This document shows, piece by piece, positions 21,648-35,099 of a DNA stretch of 58,051 nucleotides. Both the position numbers and the translations under genes were made by a program. The DNA is taken from the NCBI RefSeq assembly GCF_048593235.1, contig NC_133617.1, positions 71,198,937-71,256,987 of the forward strand, written 5' to 3'. The notes below the pieces were generated by a model. That model had not been told where the DNA came from, ran no database searches, and worked only from the letters and a program-made list of their open reading frames with translations. The stretch's first letter is position 1. Each line of letters begins with the position of its first letter. This DNA is from Sminthopsis crassicaudata. Its lineage: Eukaryota.

Positions 21648-23483
21648 GAAAACTATTGCTGTTGTTTTCTTTGCTCTGGTGGCAAACCTGGATATGTTGA
21701 AGAAGGCTTCTGCCCCTGCTGGGTAGTGGCCTTGCCCCAAATCCCCTCTTAGTCTCTTTTCCCTTTAGGGAGGGGACATGTATAGAAGAGAAGTAAAAGA
21801 TCTACATCTAATAAACCTCTGGGAAAATCAAACATACCATTGAGTCTCATGGAGTTGGTCTCTGATTTCTTTGTTTCTTAGTTTAGAGGACAGTTAAATG
21901 TATAAACTGTTGCACTAAGGTGGGCCTGGAATTATGCCTAGAGGCCAGAGGAGAAGGGAGTTTACAACAGCCAGACCTTCATCTTTTTCTGTGCATCCTG
22001 ACCCCATGTGACTAAAGAAGGGCAAGGCCTTTAGACATCTGATTTATGCAGCTCTCTCATTTTGCCACCAGAGGGTGGCCTTGTCTCAAACTCCCACCCC
22101 TGAGGGAGGTCTGGGAAAAAAACGGCTTTCTTGGAGGAGCTTCATAGAATGGCAAAGCTTGGGGGAGGAGAATTAAGAGATGAATATTTGTGATTTTGCC
22201 ATCCTTGCCTTATAGACTTAAAGAAAGAAAGATGAGGGGGTGGGGCAGGGTGGGAGACTGGCCAGGGCAGCATATATCTAATTGAGACTCTGGAATGAAA
22301 TTATAAATTTTAAGAAATGGTTTCATCTTAAGAGAAAAGGGAGAATTACCTCCACAGCCTTGTTCTCCCTGAGAAAAACCTCATATACACCCTTTGGCTG
22401 CAGTGTGCCCTTCCTATCTCTATTTCTGGTACACTTGAAAGGAAAGGGGGAAATTCGAGGAGATGCTGTAGTTGGCAAGTAAGTACGGGTAGAAGGCACG
22501 AGCCCAAGTCTTAAAAGTTGTTCCTTCAGCTGAAGAGGTAATGGGGCCTTGGCTTAAAGCCTTCCTAAAGATCTCTGAGGACACATTTCTAAGTGGTAAC
22601 CCTGGCCCAAACACTTTACTGAGATGGAGGCAGGGATTTGGGGGGGGGTAGTTTTTTCTTGAAGGAAATATAACTGCCCCTAAATCTCTAAACCGCCAAC
22701 AATGTGTCTCTCCTACCCTCCTATGACTGGTACCTGTAAAAGGGTTACAGGAATCGAGGGCTTGGTGGAGTGAGGATAATGAGTAGCCTGATCAGATTAA
22801 TACTGGCACAAGGGGAAGAGACTGACCCCAACCCCCTCCTGAACTGCATGCTTCTCGACTGATCCCGTCTCTTTCCCTATCCAGCATTAAGTGCCAGACC
22901 CTTGTCTGTGTCCCAGGCATTGGGGGGAAGGGAGAGGGTTGGTGCGCCCCCGGGGCACAATCCTGGGGAAGATGTGTAGCCGCCTGTGTGTCTAGTCTAT
23001 TGGGTTCCCTTTTCCTCCTCCCCCCATCCCAGGTGCTAGGCCTGCCCTGCCTGAGCCCCAGGCTGGGGGAGTGGGCGAGGCTGCAGCGGCGCCTGTCGCT
23101 GGTGGGGCAGTGAGGAGCCGACAGGGCATGACCAGACCTGGACGCCCTGGCATGGGAAGCTGGCACCACCCACCACCTGGGACTAAGGCGGGTGTGGGAA
23201 GGAGTGTAGACTGGAGGCAATCACCACCCTTCCTGGTCAGCCGGGCACTGGAGAGCTCCGCCTCCCCTCCCCCAGTCCCAGGCTGGCTTCAGGGTCTGTC
23301 CTGGCACACGGATTAAGGCGCCAGCCTGGGAGCGGGGGAGGAGGAGAACAGACTGGGCAGCCTTGCTACAGAACCTAACAGGTTCTCTGGCTTTGCGGGT
23401 CCCGAGTTTGGTCCTCGGGACACCGCGTGTAATACCACAGACTCTGGTTTCCCAGCTGTGTCCCGCCCATTGCCTCAGGGGAG

Positions 23484-23811
23484 GGGGGTTTCCTGGCCTG
23501 GGCTTGGGCCGGGGTTGGGCCGCCCCACTTCTTGCTCTGGGAAAATCCCGGCCCCTCTTCCCGGTGCTCAGGGTCAGCCGGGCAACGTGGGAGGGGATTC
23601 CCGGAATAGGCCTGACCGCCGGCGCGTCACTGGGCAGAAACGGCCCAAATATGGGTATGGCTTCCTGTGCGTCACCGGGAAAAGCCCCCTGGCGCGAGGA
23701 ACCGCGCTTGCGCAGTCGAGGCCCGCTCCAGCTCCCCCGTAGGGTCTTTTTCTCGGCAAAAGAAAGATACGGGGTCCAGCTTCAAAGCTAGAAAAAGTCC
23801 CGGCGACGTCA
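23484..23811 (-). promoter_or_regulatory. JUNB downstream enhancer (NF-kB, STAT, CArG/Ets, CRE)
   Basis: kB sites GGGGGTTTCC 23484-23493, GGGAAAATCCC 23539-23549, GGGGATTCCC 23593-23602, GGGAAAAGCCCC 23677-23688; GAS TTCCCGGAA 23598-23606; CArG CCAAATATGG 23645-23654; Ets CTTCCTG from 23661; CRE half-sites 23624-23629, 23668-23674, 23805-23811. Confidence 0.8.
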
Positions 23812-24149
23812 TAGCCAGTCCCTGTGGGCTAGGACGGCTCGGGGCTACAGACCGCCGGGACAGAAACACTCCAAGAGATTAATTGAAGAGCCTAAAAACA
23901 GAGACAGACTGGAGAGATGCACAGAGTAGCTACCGAGACTGAGAGAGAGAGAAAAGGCAATTAGATCTAAGGGACAGGGACGGGAAAGAGCCAGAGATTC
24001 CTAGAAACAGAGAGACAAGCAGATAGGCGAGCCAGAGACATCCAGGCATAGGGAGAGAGACAAACAAAATGGGAAGGTTCAGGAGGCAGTCAGTAAAAAG
24101 GTAGGTTCAAATGAGCTCTTCCTCCCCCTCGCATTCCCTCCCCCACCTT

Positions 24150-24810
24150 TTAATTAAGACGCCAGGAGTAATAAATAATAAACAGTCTTTTTTTTACTTA
24201 AATAAATTCAATAAAAAGTCAGAACAAAAACACATACACAAAAAATGATAAAATAAACTTAAAAACCCAAGTGCTTCGGGAGACACAACCCGATGGAACC
24301 CTCGGGGCAGGCAGGGTGGGCAGGCACGGAGCATCCCTTCCTAGGGGCTCCCTCCAACCCCTTCCCCGCCACCGCGGGGGCCATGTGCGGGCGGCGGGGC
24401 CAGCTCCGCCGCGGGGATAGAACTTCTTTCTTAAATACACAAATATATTATATTCAATATGAATCGTGTCTGTTTCCAGCAGAAAAAAAAACAAAAACAA
24501 AAAAAAAACGAAAAACGTACAAAACAGGAAGTACAGAGGGTCGCCCCAGAGGTGTGGGGGCCCAGACCAAGGTGGGGCTTGTAAACTTCGAGAGTGGAAC
24601 TAGAGGGTGAGTGGGGAAGGAAGGGAGCGAGCCGACAGGCGTGCTGGGCGGGGCCCCTCAGTCTAGTCCAGTGCCCTTCAGGTGGCCCTGCCCTCCTCCC
24701 GCGTCTCAGAGTCTGCGGCCCGCCCATACCCGGGCAGAATCACGCGCGGCGGGGGCGTGAGGGGGAGAGTCAGTCACGCAGCCGAGTCCGTGGGTGGGCC
24801 GCGCGTGGGC
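24150..24810 (-). promoter_or_regulatory. JUNB 3' UTR with AU-rich elements and ATTAAA signal
   Basis: Minus strand is U-rich with several ATTTA-type motifs (24170-24270). Plus TTTAAT at 24149-24154 gives ATTAAA. Confidence 0.6.
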
Positions 24811-25893
24811 TCAGAAGTTCTGCATCTTGACGGCCAGCAGCAGCTGGCAGCCGCTGTTGACGTGGCTCAGCACCTTCTGCTTGAGCTGCGCCACCTGTTC
24901 ACGGAGCAGACTGGCGGTGTTCGACAGCCCAGCGTTTTCGGACTTGAGTGTCTTCACCTTGTCCTCGAGTCGCGCGATGCGCTCCAGTTTCCGTTTGCGG
25001 CACTTAGTGGCCGCCAACCGGTTCCGCAGTCGTTTCCTCTCCACCTTGATGCGCTCTTGGTCCTCCATGTTGATGGGCGACACTGGGGGAGTCCCGTCCC
25101 GGCTACGCGCCTCGGGCACCGTCTGTGGTTCCTCCTTGAAGGCCGCCAGCGGCCCCCCGCCTCCCGCACCTCGGGCGCTCAGTCCCACGGAAGCCGGGTG
25201 GCCCCCGGGAAAGGGCGGTCCATGGGGGAGGTAGCTGATGGTGGCAGTAGGGTAGCCGCCCGCGGCTCCTGCGCCCGCGCCCCCACTCCCTCCACTGGCG
25301 CTGTAACTGGTGAGGTTGGTGTAGACAGGAGGTGGTTCGGGGCCCAGGGCCGAGGGACCGTAAACGCTACTAGGGGGTGCTGGGGGGCCTGCGGTCCCGG
25401 AGCTGCCACTGCCGCTGCTCAGTGACACGTTGGGGGGCGTCACGTGGTTCATCTTGTGCAGATCGTCAAGCGCTTTGACGAAGCCATCAGCGAAACCCTC
25501 CTGCTCCTCCGTCACACTGCGCGAGTAGAAGTACTGGCCCGGCGGCGTGGGCGTTGTGGTGATGAGCCCGTTGCTGTTTTGCGCTATGAGGCGCTCCAGC
25601 TCCGGAGACGCGAGCTTTAATGAGCCCGCCGGCCCAGCCGGGGCCTCGTTCTGAGGGGGAGCTGGCGGTCCCGAAAAGTAGGCGCCACTCGCGTCCTCTG
25701 GCCCTGGTCCCCGACCGTGCCCTGGCGCCTTGAGGCCGCGATAGGGGTCAGCGGCAGCGGCAAGATTGAGCGCCAAGTTCTGTTTCAGCAGCTTGTAATC
25801 GTGCAGTCCCAATGCGCTGGCAGCTCCCCGGCCATAAGCTGCCGCCGGGTACGAATCATCGTGGTAGAAAGGTTGCTCCATCTTCGTGCACAT
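24811..25893 (-). CDS. JUNB: Transcription factor JunB (intronless, 360 aa)
   Basis: [16 protein letters not shown]-terminus, [56 protein letters not shown], b[33 protein letters not shown]. Confidence 0.99.
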   Translation of the reverse strand: MCTKMEQPFYHDDSYPAAAYGRGAASALGLHDYKLLKQNLALNLAAAADPYRGLKAPGHGRGPGPEDASGAYFSGPPAPPQNEAPAGPAGSLKLASPELERLIAQNSNGLITTTPTPPGQYFYSRSVTEEQEGFADGFVKALDDLHKMNHVTPPNVSLSSGSGSSGTAGPPAPPSSVYGPSALGPEPPPVYTNLTSYSASGGSGGAGAGAAGGYPTATISYLPHGPPFPGGHPASVGLSARGAGGGGPLAAFKEEPQTVPEARSRDGTPPVSPINMEDQERIKVERKRLRNRLAATKCRKRKLERIARLEDKVKTLKSENAGLSNTASLLREQVAQLKQKVLSHVNSGCQLLLAVKMQNF

Positions 25894-26334
25894 CCAGGCG
25901 CCCGCGCGCCCAGCCGGCAGCTACCGGCGCTCCCTGAGAGGGAGGAGACCCCTGAGACACTCGAGCTCGGATGCCTAGGTGTCCTCGGGGTACGCTTGGG
26001 GAAGCTTAGGTCAGACCAGCCGATACTGGCCTCCGGAACGCACCTCGATGGTCACCCTTGCTGTGTCCCACTCTTCCCGGACTGTCTTCAATGACCGCCC
26101 CCAACCCTCCAAGTCCCCAGAAAACAGTGGCAAGGCTCTTGAATCAGCAGATCTGACAGCAGAATCCCAAGTCCTGGCCTGGTTCGGCTGGTCTCCTTTG
26201 CGCCGCACCCTGTTTGCTAGCTGGCTCGGGCGATCAAGGCTCTATGGCTGCTTGTCCTACTCAAGCTCCCGTTCCGAACCCACAGCCTTCGGACTCCCCG
26301 CTTCTTTGCCGGCCTCGCTGCGTACCCCGGAGCC

Positions 26335-26495
26335 TTTATACGGCAGTGGCTGCGTAAGCGACCGCTGATTGGTTGTGCCGGAGAACCAGGCCCCCGCCTC
26401 CTCCCGCACCCCACTCTTCCCCCTCCCCGCCCTGTATGCCCGGGCTCGGCGTGGGGAAGGGGAGGAGGAGGCTGGCGTCACTGCCAGGAAGCGCG
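26335..26495 (-). promoter_or_regulatory. JUNB proximal promoter: TATA, CCAAT, Ets + CRE-like (JRE-IL6-like) element
   Basis: TATAAA 26335-26340, CCAAT 26368-26372, minus-strand GCGCTTCCTGGCAGTGACGCCA at ~26473-26494. Confidence 0.8.
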
Positions 26496-28480
26496 TGTCC
26501 TTGTAAACAGCGGCGGCGGGACAGGGCCGGGCAAGGACAGGGCTGGGCCGGGACTATACTGGGATGGGCCAGAAAGACAGGGAAACTGGGGGCCGGAGTA
26601 GGGGGCTGGAGACCGGGCGGCTGAGAGGCAGAGCCTGGGAAACAGCAGGGAAGAGGAGGGCCTAAGGTCTGAAATATGAGATGGGGGATCCTAAGACCAA
26701 CCTGGGGACTGAGGACGATCCCTGAATCGAGAAGCTGCTGTGACAAATCCCCGAGAGAGTTCACCGACCCCTCTACTCTCGACACCTGGAACCACCTCAC
26801 TTCCTACTACACCTCCCTCCACACACACTGCCTAACCAATGAAGATGCTTCTTGACCCTAACATACTACTCACAGTCCAAAACCCCCTATCTACTTGCCA
26901 TATATTAGGAGGATACCAGAAGACCTAGAATTGGGAAACAGGCAGGTGGGAAGCTGTGAGGCTGGTTATCTAGACCTCCAGTGCCTCTTCATTCCTATCC
27001 CCCAACCCCAGACTTGCTTGCTCCCCTAGTAGAAGGTCTAACAGGGAAGAGCAGGATGCTTAGGTTCTTCTCTTGGTCTACCAGTCTATGGGAGCACACC
27101 CACAGTCACGGATTAGCAGAGCTAGAAGGTGTTTTAGAAATAATCATTGAGTTCATTTCCCATATTCTACAGGAGGTGTTACGGAAGGAGGAAGGCCCAA
27201 AGGTAGTAAGAAGCTGAGACCTGTCTAGAGTCCAGGTTTCCTGACTCCAAGCCTAGGGCACTTTTTCAGCTTACTTCCTTCCCCTTGGGATCTGGTTGAT
27301 ATCCAGGCGACTCCCCAGGGTGGCTCCAGTCCCTGACTCTTCCTAGGAAACCTGCTTAAGAAAGGGCAAACTGCCGGAAATGTGGCAACAGTTATGAAGG
27401 ACTGGGACACGATAGGAGCTAAGGGAGTGGGTTCATGTCCTGCCTCCGGATCTGCTCTCCTAAAGCAAGGGCAGGGATAGAGCCACCTTTCTTCCCCACA
27501 AGAACAGGTCCAGGCCTGTCTCAGAAAATCAATGAGACCTTTCTCTAAGCATCCCCAATAGACTATTGAGTATTTCCAAGATATCTGAGCATCACGTGGA
27601 GATAGAGGGATGCATAAGGTCTGGACTTGGGGGAGAGGGGAGAGCTACATAACACCTTTGTCGTCATCTATAGCCTCTTGTACCATTGGCTAGTTTGAGG
27701 GAGGGAGAGAAGGGCAAAATGGATTGTACAGTGTAATTCACTTGTGAGATCCCTCCCCTCTCCCAACCCTTATCCATCTCCTAAATCATGGTTGGAAACA
27801 GTGCAGGAGATATAGAAAGACTGGCTCTAAACGGCCTCTCTAGTCATAGGATCGCTTTAAAGGGGGTTTCCAATACAGCACTGATTAGGGTGATATAATA
27901 CCATAGAGAAGATGGGGGCGGGGTGGCAGAGCTCTTGTCATCGTCTCTATAGTAACTGAAGGTGGCTTTAGCATATTGTCTGCCCCTGGCTCCTAGGGAA
28001 GAGGGGGACTGCGACCCGAATAAATTCTCCTGACTCTCCAAAAGTCTGTCTTTCTTGCAGGCCATTAAACCTCTGCCCCAACAGGTGTTCCTGTTTCTCT
28101 AGATCTCCTCTCTCTAGTCCCTGAGACCTTTCCACCGTAGAATTCTTTGGTCTCTAAATCTTTGTCCCTAAAATTCCCAGTTTCAGGATCCTGAGCACTC
28201 ACTCCCCACCTCTGCCTTGAAATCTCTATCCCATAATGGCCCATAGATCTTTCCTTTGAGTCGCTTCCCTCCGGCCTTCTCTGGTCCTTGCTAGATCAGA
28301 TTTCATCCCCTCCCCCCTTCCCCCTAGTGTCTTGTCTTAATCCCGCCAGATTCAAACTCCAGTCCCCAGCATCAGCTCGAGCTCCCTGAGTCCGGACTCT
28401 CCCCCGCGGGTCCTCCTAGGTCCTGTCTCCCTCCCCCCATTCAATCTATCTGGTCCCGCCTTCCTAGTCTTGCCCAAAAT

Positions 28481-28510
28481 CCAAATAAGGTCACAGGAAG
28501 GGGCGGGGCC
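28481..28510 (+). promoter_or_regulatory. Serum response element upstream of JUNB (CArG + Ets + GC box)
   Basis: CCAAATAAGG 28481-28490, CAGGAAG 28494-28500, GGGGCGGGGC immediately after, inside a CpG-rich patch. Confidence 0.7.
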
Positions 28511-31500
28511 CGGAGCCCGAAGCCTCGGTTCCTGCCAGGTCCCAAGGAGGGGCCAAGCCGGGCCCCTCTCTGGCTAGTTCCAACCAGCCCCGGCCACCGC
28601 CCCCGGACAGCTCCCCCTTACCCGCCCCTGGGCTTTCAGCTTTGTCCTGCCCCACCCCGCCCTACCCAGCCAGGTTCTGTCCCCTTGCCCTGGGGCAGGA
28701 TTCCGGGGAGCACAGCCAGGATTGGGCCAGACTTCACCCCATCCTGGGGCGGAGGTTGGGGTGAGTGGGAAGGGAACAAAGCAGCTAGGAGGACAAGGTC
28801 CGGGGCGCTGATGTAGCGGAGGAGCCTTGGGCTTTAAGTGAGGAGGGATTGAGTGACAATTCCCATTTCTTAGGACAGCTGGAATTATTGGGTAGGACTG
28901 GGATGGTGAGGCATCGTGTCAGACTAGAGGTGGAACTTCCCAGCTGCCTGGGTGTGCGTCTGGAACAAAAAGGAAGTCTCACTTCCCTTCCAGAGAGGCC
29001 CAGAGCTGCAGCCGAGGGCAAAGGCTCAGATGACTTGGAGGGAGCTGTCCAGCCCCCACTTTTACCCAGGGAGGATGTCTGCAAGGAAAGAAACCTTGTC
29101 TCAAGATTCAGGTCGAGTTTTTGACACATTTCTGCCACTTACTAACCTAAGACTGACTTTCTCTCGTCTTAGGGTCCTGATTTCCCCATTAATAAAGTAC
29201 AGGATCTGAACAAGATGACATCTTTACAATACTGATATTTTAAACAGAGACAGACACGGCTTCTGCATTGGGCAAATGATTTTCCTTTTGTGTGTCTTTG
29301 TTTCCTTATTTGTAAAGAGTTAGGTAATATATTTCTGATCACATACAAAAAAGTTCAGAAAGTGAGGACAGACATAGAAATCTAAAGAGAGACTAAAAGT
29401 GAAAGGGGGGGAAATGCACAGAGGGACAGGGATGGAGAAAAATAAATCTGCAGGGGCACACATAGAAACAAAGACAGATGGAAAGAGAAACAGTGAGAGG
29501 TGGAGATGCAGGCAGATAGAGGAACCAAAGGAAGAGGATTGCTTATGTATAGAGTAAGAAATTGAAAGAGGGGAAAGAGAAACTGAGACTAAGTGAACCA
29601 GATATATATACAGAATTAAAGACAGGATAAAAAAAAAAATGAAATGAATAGAGACGGTTGGAGAAGGCAAGAGAATGTAATGAGGAAGATTAGAAAAGAT
29701 GACAAAGATCTTGTCCTCAACTCTGAACCCCCAACTTCTTTGTCTAGTTTAGGTATGTCTATTCCCAGACCTATTACCTTTGTGGGTACTACTTTTCCCT
29801 CAACGTGGACCTCAGCCCAGAGCCTCAAGTTTTCCCCTCTTTGCCTCCCCCCCCCAACTCTCCTCAACTTGGTCCCTTTCTCCATTCCTTCCCTCTTCCT
29901 GGTCTCTATCTTTTGGGATATATCCCAGGCTGTGCCTGGCTAGCCAGGAGGGATGGGGTGAATCTAAGGGTAGTGGGGGGGAGGGAAGCTGGGCTCTGTC
30001 TGGCCGGCACTTTGCCAGTCTCCCTGTCTCCCGCCCATGCTAATGACTCCCTGACTGACACCTGGCAAGACCATTGGGCTGGGGGAGACCAGGTCCTCTG
30101 CAGGGGCTTTCCCATGATAGAGAGAAGGGAGAGGGTGGGGGTGGAGGAAAGCAACAGTGAGGATGGGTAAAATGAGTGCTGGGGGAAGGGTACAGACTCT
30201 CATTCACTGGCTAACCCAGGTCCTCTTTACAAACTATCCACCCCCTGCTCCCAGGAGTTCAACCACCCACCCCCCTCCAAGCCATGGCTGGGAGTGGGCA
30301 GGGACCCAGAGGTTTTGGTGACTCAGCTCCCACATCAGGCCTTGGTCAGCTAAAGAGATAGATATCAGGTTGAAAGGATGGGAAACAGGGAAAGGACTGA
30401 AACAGACTAAGATCTAAAGACAAAAGTAGACACAAAGATAGGAAGAAAGGGGAGGGGGGGAGAAAAAACAGACTCAAAGGCAGAGAAAAAGAGGGAGAGA
30501 GAAGGAAGGGAGGGAAAGAGGAGAACATAGAGAAATAGAGACCAAAAATACAGAGATGGAGAATGACTACTTCACTTTTAAGATCCCTTACAACTAAGAT
30601 TCCCGTTTTGGGGATAAAAACAGAGATAGAGGGAGTTAGAGAATAGTCACAGTAGTATAGATGCAAACAGATAGGAAAGGAACTGAGAGACCCTCTGCTC
30701 TCCTCAGAAATTCTATGCAACACCATCAAAGAAATACATATACAGAAACATACAGAAAAATTGGAAATGAGAATCCATAGATCTTTTCATATCTAGAGAT
30801 TATATTATTTATAAAGACAAGTACCAAAGATTTTAAAATATGGCAAGTAGACAAACTAATAGGTAGATCAGGGCAAAGGTAAGTGGCAGGAAAAAAAAGA
30901 TGAAATGAAATGATGGGTTGGAGGAGGGCGGCTAAATAGTACTGTAGTTCATTATGTTGAATAGAAATGAATCTGGAACAGGGATGGGGTATGTGTATTA
31001 TAGTGAAGTTGGGATAAAAGCTTATATATCTTGAAGATTGGAAGAATGGGAGATCATTCCTGTTTCTCTGTCCCCACCCCCACCCCCACCTCCCAGTTCC
31101 TTAAGAGGGCTAGTCAGGCAGGTTCCGGGCTCAGGACAACCTCCATGCCAGCCTCACCCTTGTGGCCTGTGTTTCTTGGGCACCACCCCGCCCCCCAGCC
31201 GCCCTGCTGGCGCCAAAGGCTCCAGCAACCAGGTAGGCGTGGACAGAAGACACCCCCTGCTTCCCCCCACCCTCCCAGTGCCTGGCACTATTAGCACTGC
31301 CCAAGCCTCAGGGAGGTGGGCACAATCTAGAGGCATATGGTTGGACTCTGACCCTCTTGGAAAGAGGAAGCCCTTGAGGCTGGGGTGACTTCCCCCCAGG
31401 ACAGGACTCTTTGGGGCTTTTGGACAGCATGCCCTGCAACCTGACTTCTCCTTCTTATAAATAGCATGGTAAACCTTTCCCCCACCTTGTCCTTCCAAAA

Positions 31501-34500
31501 ATCTCTAGCTAACTAACAGCCAGTTGATCCTCCTAGGAAACTGAGGCCTGAGGAAGGGAAAAGTTCCCCCCTCCCATTCAAACATCGAACATAACAACTG
31601 ACACTAGAACTCAGAGATCAGGCTTCCTAGCTCCAGGAAGTAAGTGCTGGGGAGGGGGCAGGGCAGGAGAGGAAGTAGAGAAAGAGGAAGAGGTCTAATT
31701 CAATGGGGAGTTGGGGAGGGTTTGGCCCCTCCTTCCCAGCCTACTCTGGAAGCCCGGCAGTGAAATTAAAGTAGCTGGTTAGATTTGGAGGCAAAGGTCC
31801 TGGGTTCAAATCCTTTTCTGACATGCACTGTGTGTGTGGCTATGGGCAAGCTATTGTGCCATCAAGTTCCCTCATCTCTAAATTTAGGGAGTTGAATTAG
31901 ACAGCATTTTTAGTCCCTCTAGCTCTAAATCCTATGACTATAAGAAAGGACAAAGTAATATTGGCTGAGTTCTGGGAAGAGTTGGAGAAAACTATCTGCA
32001 GCCTAAACCCTGGCTTCTCCACCCCTCCCAATCCTGCTCTATGCTCAAAAAGGGATGGGGAGAGTGCAGATGAAAAAGGAAGGAAAGATTGAGAGGCAGT
32101 GTGGTGTGGTGAAAACAACCCTGGATCTTAAGTTGGAAGACCTAGGTCTAAATCTTGTCTCTACTGTTACTATTCCCTGAGTGAGTTACCTTGGTAGCCT
32201 TTCCTTTTTCTGGGCTTGTTTCGTATTCAACAAAATGAAGGGATCTAAATCGATGACTTCTAAGGTCCCTTCCAACTTTAAATCAAATTAAACCCATGAG
32301 GAAGAAAAGAGGAAGCAGTTGAGATTGAAGAACGAATTTGAGGGAATTCATTCACCCCCAATCCCCAAGTTCCCTTAAGTAAAGTCTGCCTCTAACCAAA
32401 CCTACTGTTGGTGTCTGAGGTTCAGTGCAGGAAGCAAAGCCTTGAGTCTTTACTTGGGTGGGGCAAGCCAATCTCTTACCCCATCCCCCAATTCCAGGGC
32501 TCCCAACCCTTTCAGGAAATAAGGATTGCACCCAAACTCTTCTCTCAGACTCATCACTAGAGGGAATGTGAGGGAAGGGTCCAATGCCCTGAAGGGAAAG
32601 AGGGATGATTCCCATCAAAGCAATACTCACCTACCCCTCAGGGGAAAATAGGAATATTAAGTTCTTAAGTATTTAGTAGAGAATATATTCTAGCAAGATC
32701 CTAGATGTGAAACCCACGAAATGAGTGGAGAATGAGAGTCCTTCAGGGGAACAAGGACAGACAGGTGTGGGGGGGGGGGGCAGATGGACTGAGAAAGCTA
32801 CTAACAAATTCTGTCCCATTATCACCCCAACTCCTCACCCCCACCCATTCCTCCTGCCAGATTGAGAGAAGAGGAGGGAGCAGATTCAATTGATTTGAGA
32901 CAGGAAACATCAGAGTTGCTGTTGGAATGGGGAGAGGGGTGCCCGAGAAGCAGGAAAACCAGGACTGGTTTAGTGACTATGACTATATTTGAATATGTTC
33001 TCTGGTGTATGTATTAGTTGGGGTCTGTAACCTCTGTAACCTTTCTATGTTCTCCCTGAGTTGTATATGTGTTTAGTTGAGTTCTGTTCTCCCAAGGTTA
33101 TATATTGAGTTTTGTATATCTGGCATGTGTGTGTGTGTGTTTTTCTACAGCTGTGTGTCAGGTGACCCTGTTTTCACTGTCTGATGGCCCAAGCTGATGT
33201 CTCCCAGAATGGGGGAGTTGGGATGAGGAGAGAGCCGGGAATCTCCAGTCCACAGGATGTTCCCGAGACACTAGACCAGACTTGGGCTTCATCCTTCAGT
33301 TCCTCCTCCTTCTACCCCTCCCCCACAGCTCTGGCTGGCTAGCCTGCAAACCTCTCCACAGGGACCCAGGCATTCTGCACCCTCAGCTCCTGGGGGCGGG
33401 GCTGTGTCAGACTTGGGGAATGAGGGTGGCAGGGAGGAGGCCCCCAACGGGCCAGACGGGTTCCTCCTCATTCCTCCCACCGCCTCTCACTTCCTGGGTG
33501 CATGGCAGGAGGTGGGGATGGGGGGGAGGGGTGTGGTGATAGGGTGTGGAGAACCAAGGCCTGAGGGCCAGACCTGGGGGCGTTAGGACTAGACCTTGTG
33601 GCCTGAGGTAAAGAGGAATGGATTTTAGGCCTTCAGAGCCCAGCCTTGATGAGACCCACCCCTCAGGGCTTGGGATCTGACCAGAGAGGGGGAATGAGGG
33701 GCCTCAGGACAGGAAATGGCCAGGAGTAGGGCAGTTTTCTCTTGGACTCAAGTGGATCTTAAGAGAACCTTAAAACTAGACTAGTAAGGATTTAGATCCC
33801 TTGAGGGAGCCTTTAGAACCAGAATGGGAGCTATGTTTTGTATTCCTGGAGGGGGATCATGGGCCTCAAGACTAGACCTGAAGTTCGGGGTGGGTGGGAA
33901 ATCAAAGGCAAGAATTTCCAACAACTATCCGTGATCTATTAAGAGTGTCTGGGTCAGATTAGAGCTCCACTGGACATGGAAAGGCCCCCAGACTGAGACT
34001 GGTGGCTTAAGGAGAGGGACAGAGGCATAGGAGAAGAGGCTAAGCTAGGAGTTTGTGTCCTCTTGGGGTCTGGGGCCTGGTCTGGGGGGTGAGGGGAAGA
34101 GGGGGAAGATGTTTTGAGTCAGAGCCTAGGTGTGTGTGGGGGGCAGCTGATAACTTTAGCTTTGAAGTTAGGACTGGAATGAATAGAAGTTGGTTTTTTT
34201 TTTTTTTTTTTTTTTTTAACTGCTTCTCTACCAGCTTTCTCTGCAAAAAATTTCCTGTCTGATGGGGACATGGGGACTTAACTCCTTCCCATAAAGTTTT
34301 TGCATACATGACTTAGGCATGTCTAACATGACGTTGATCATGGAGGCTTCAACAGACTTGTCATACTGGCTGGCCCTTGGACTTCTGTATTGACTTGCAG
34401 ATCCAGACACATGCATGTGGGCACAGCAAAAGCATGTTTATTTGTGCTGGTGTTGAGCCCTTGAGTTGGGGCCACAGGGTGAGAGGCCAAGGCCTCCCCA

Positions 34501-35099
34501 GGCCCGAGTGAGTCACCCCCTACACACAAACCTATATTAGCCCTTCCTAGATTCTCTGGGGTGAGGTCAAAACAGCCACCTGGGTCCCCATTTCCAGTCC
34601 TCGGCTGGTGAGATGTGATCTAAACATCTTAGCTTCCATCAACACTCCTAGACTGGGAAACAAAAGTCCCCTCTTCTGTCTGGGCTCCAGCGGTTCCCCA
34701 TGCCACCCCACCCCACCGCTTACTGGATGGAGTGGCTGAATTGGAAAGCTTTCCATTGCCCTGCACTTCGATATTTCAGCCCTGTTCCTGGTCTCCCCCA
34801 CCTGGGCTGTAGAGATGTAGAGGGGACTGAGACCCTCACAGATGTCCCCCCCCTTACTCTGGAGAAAGCCGCCGGAAGAGATGATTCATAGGGTGGAGCC
34901 CCCCAATACACTGGAGACCCTGGGGTCTGAGTCATAGCCAGAGAGGGAAGGGCATTGAACCCTCTCACCCCAGGCCAGGCAGGGCGGGTCAGGAAAAGAA
35001 GGTTCCCCCCACTTACTCCCCTTGTCCAAACCCGTACAAGCATAAGGAGCTCTGGAAGAGGGGTGCTCGTAAAAAAGGCCAGAAGTCACGGTAACCATG

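Noticed and set aside
24682-25425. 247-aa antisense ORF over JUNB
   Set aside because: Shadow of a GC-rich coding sequence; the listed start is not ATG and there is no recognisable domain.
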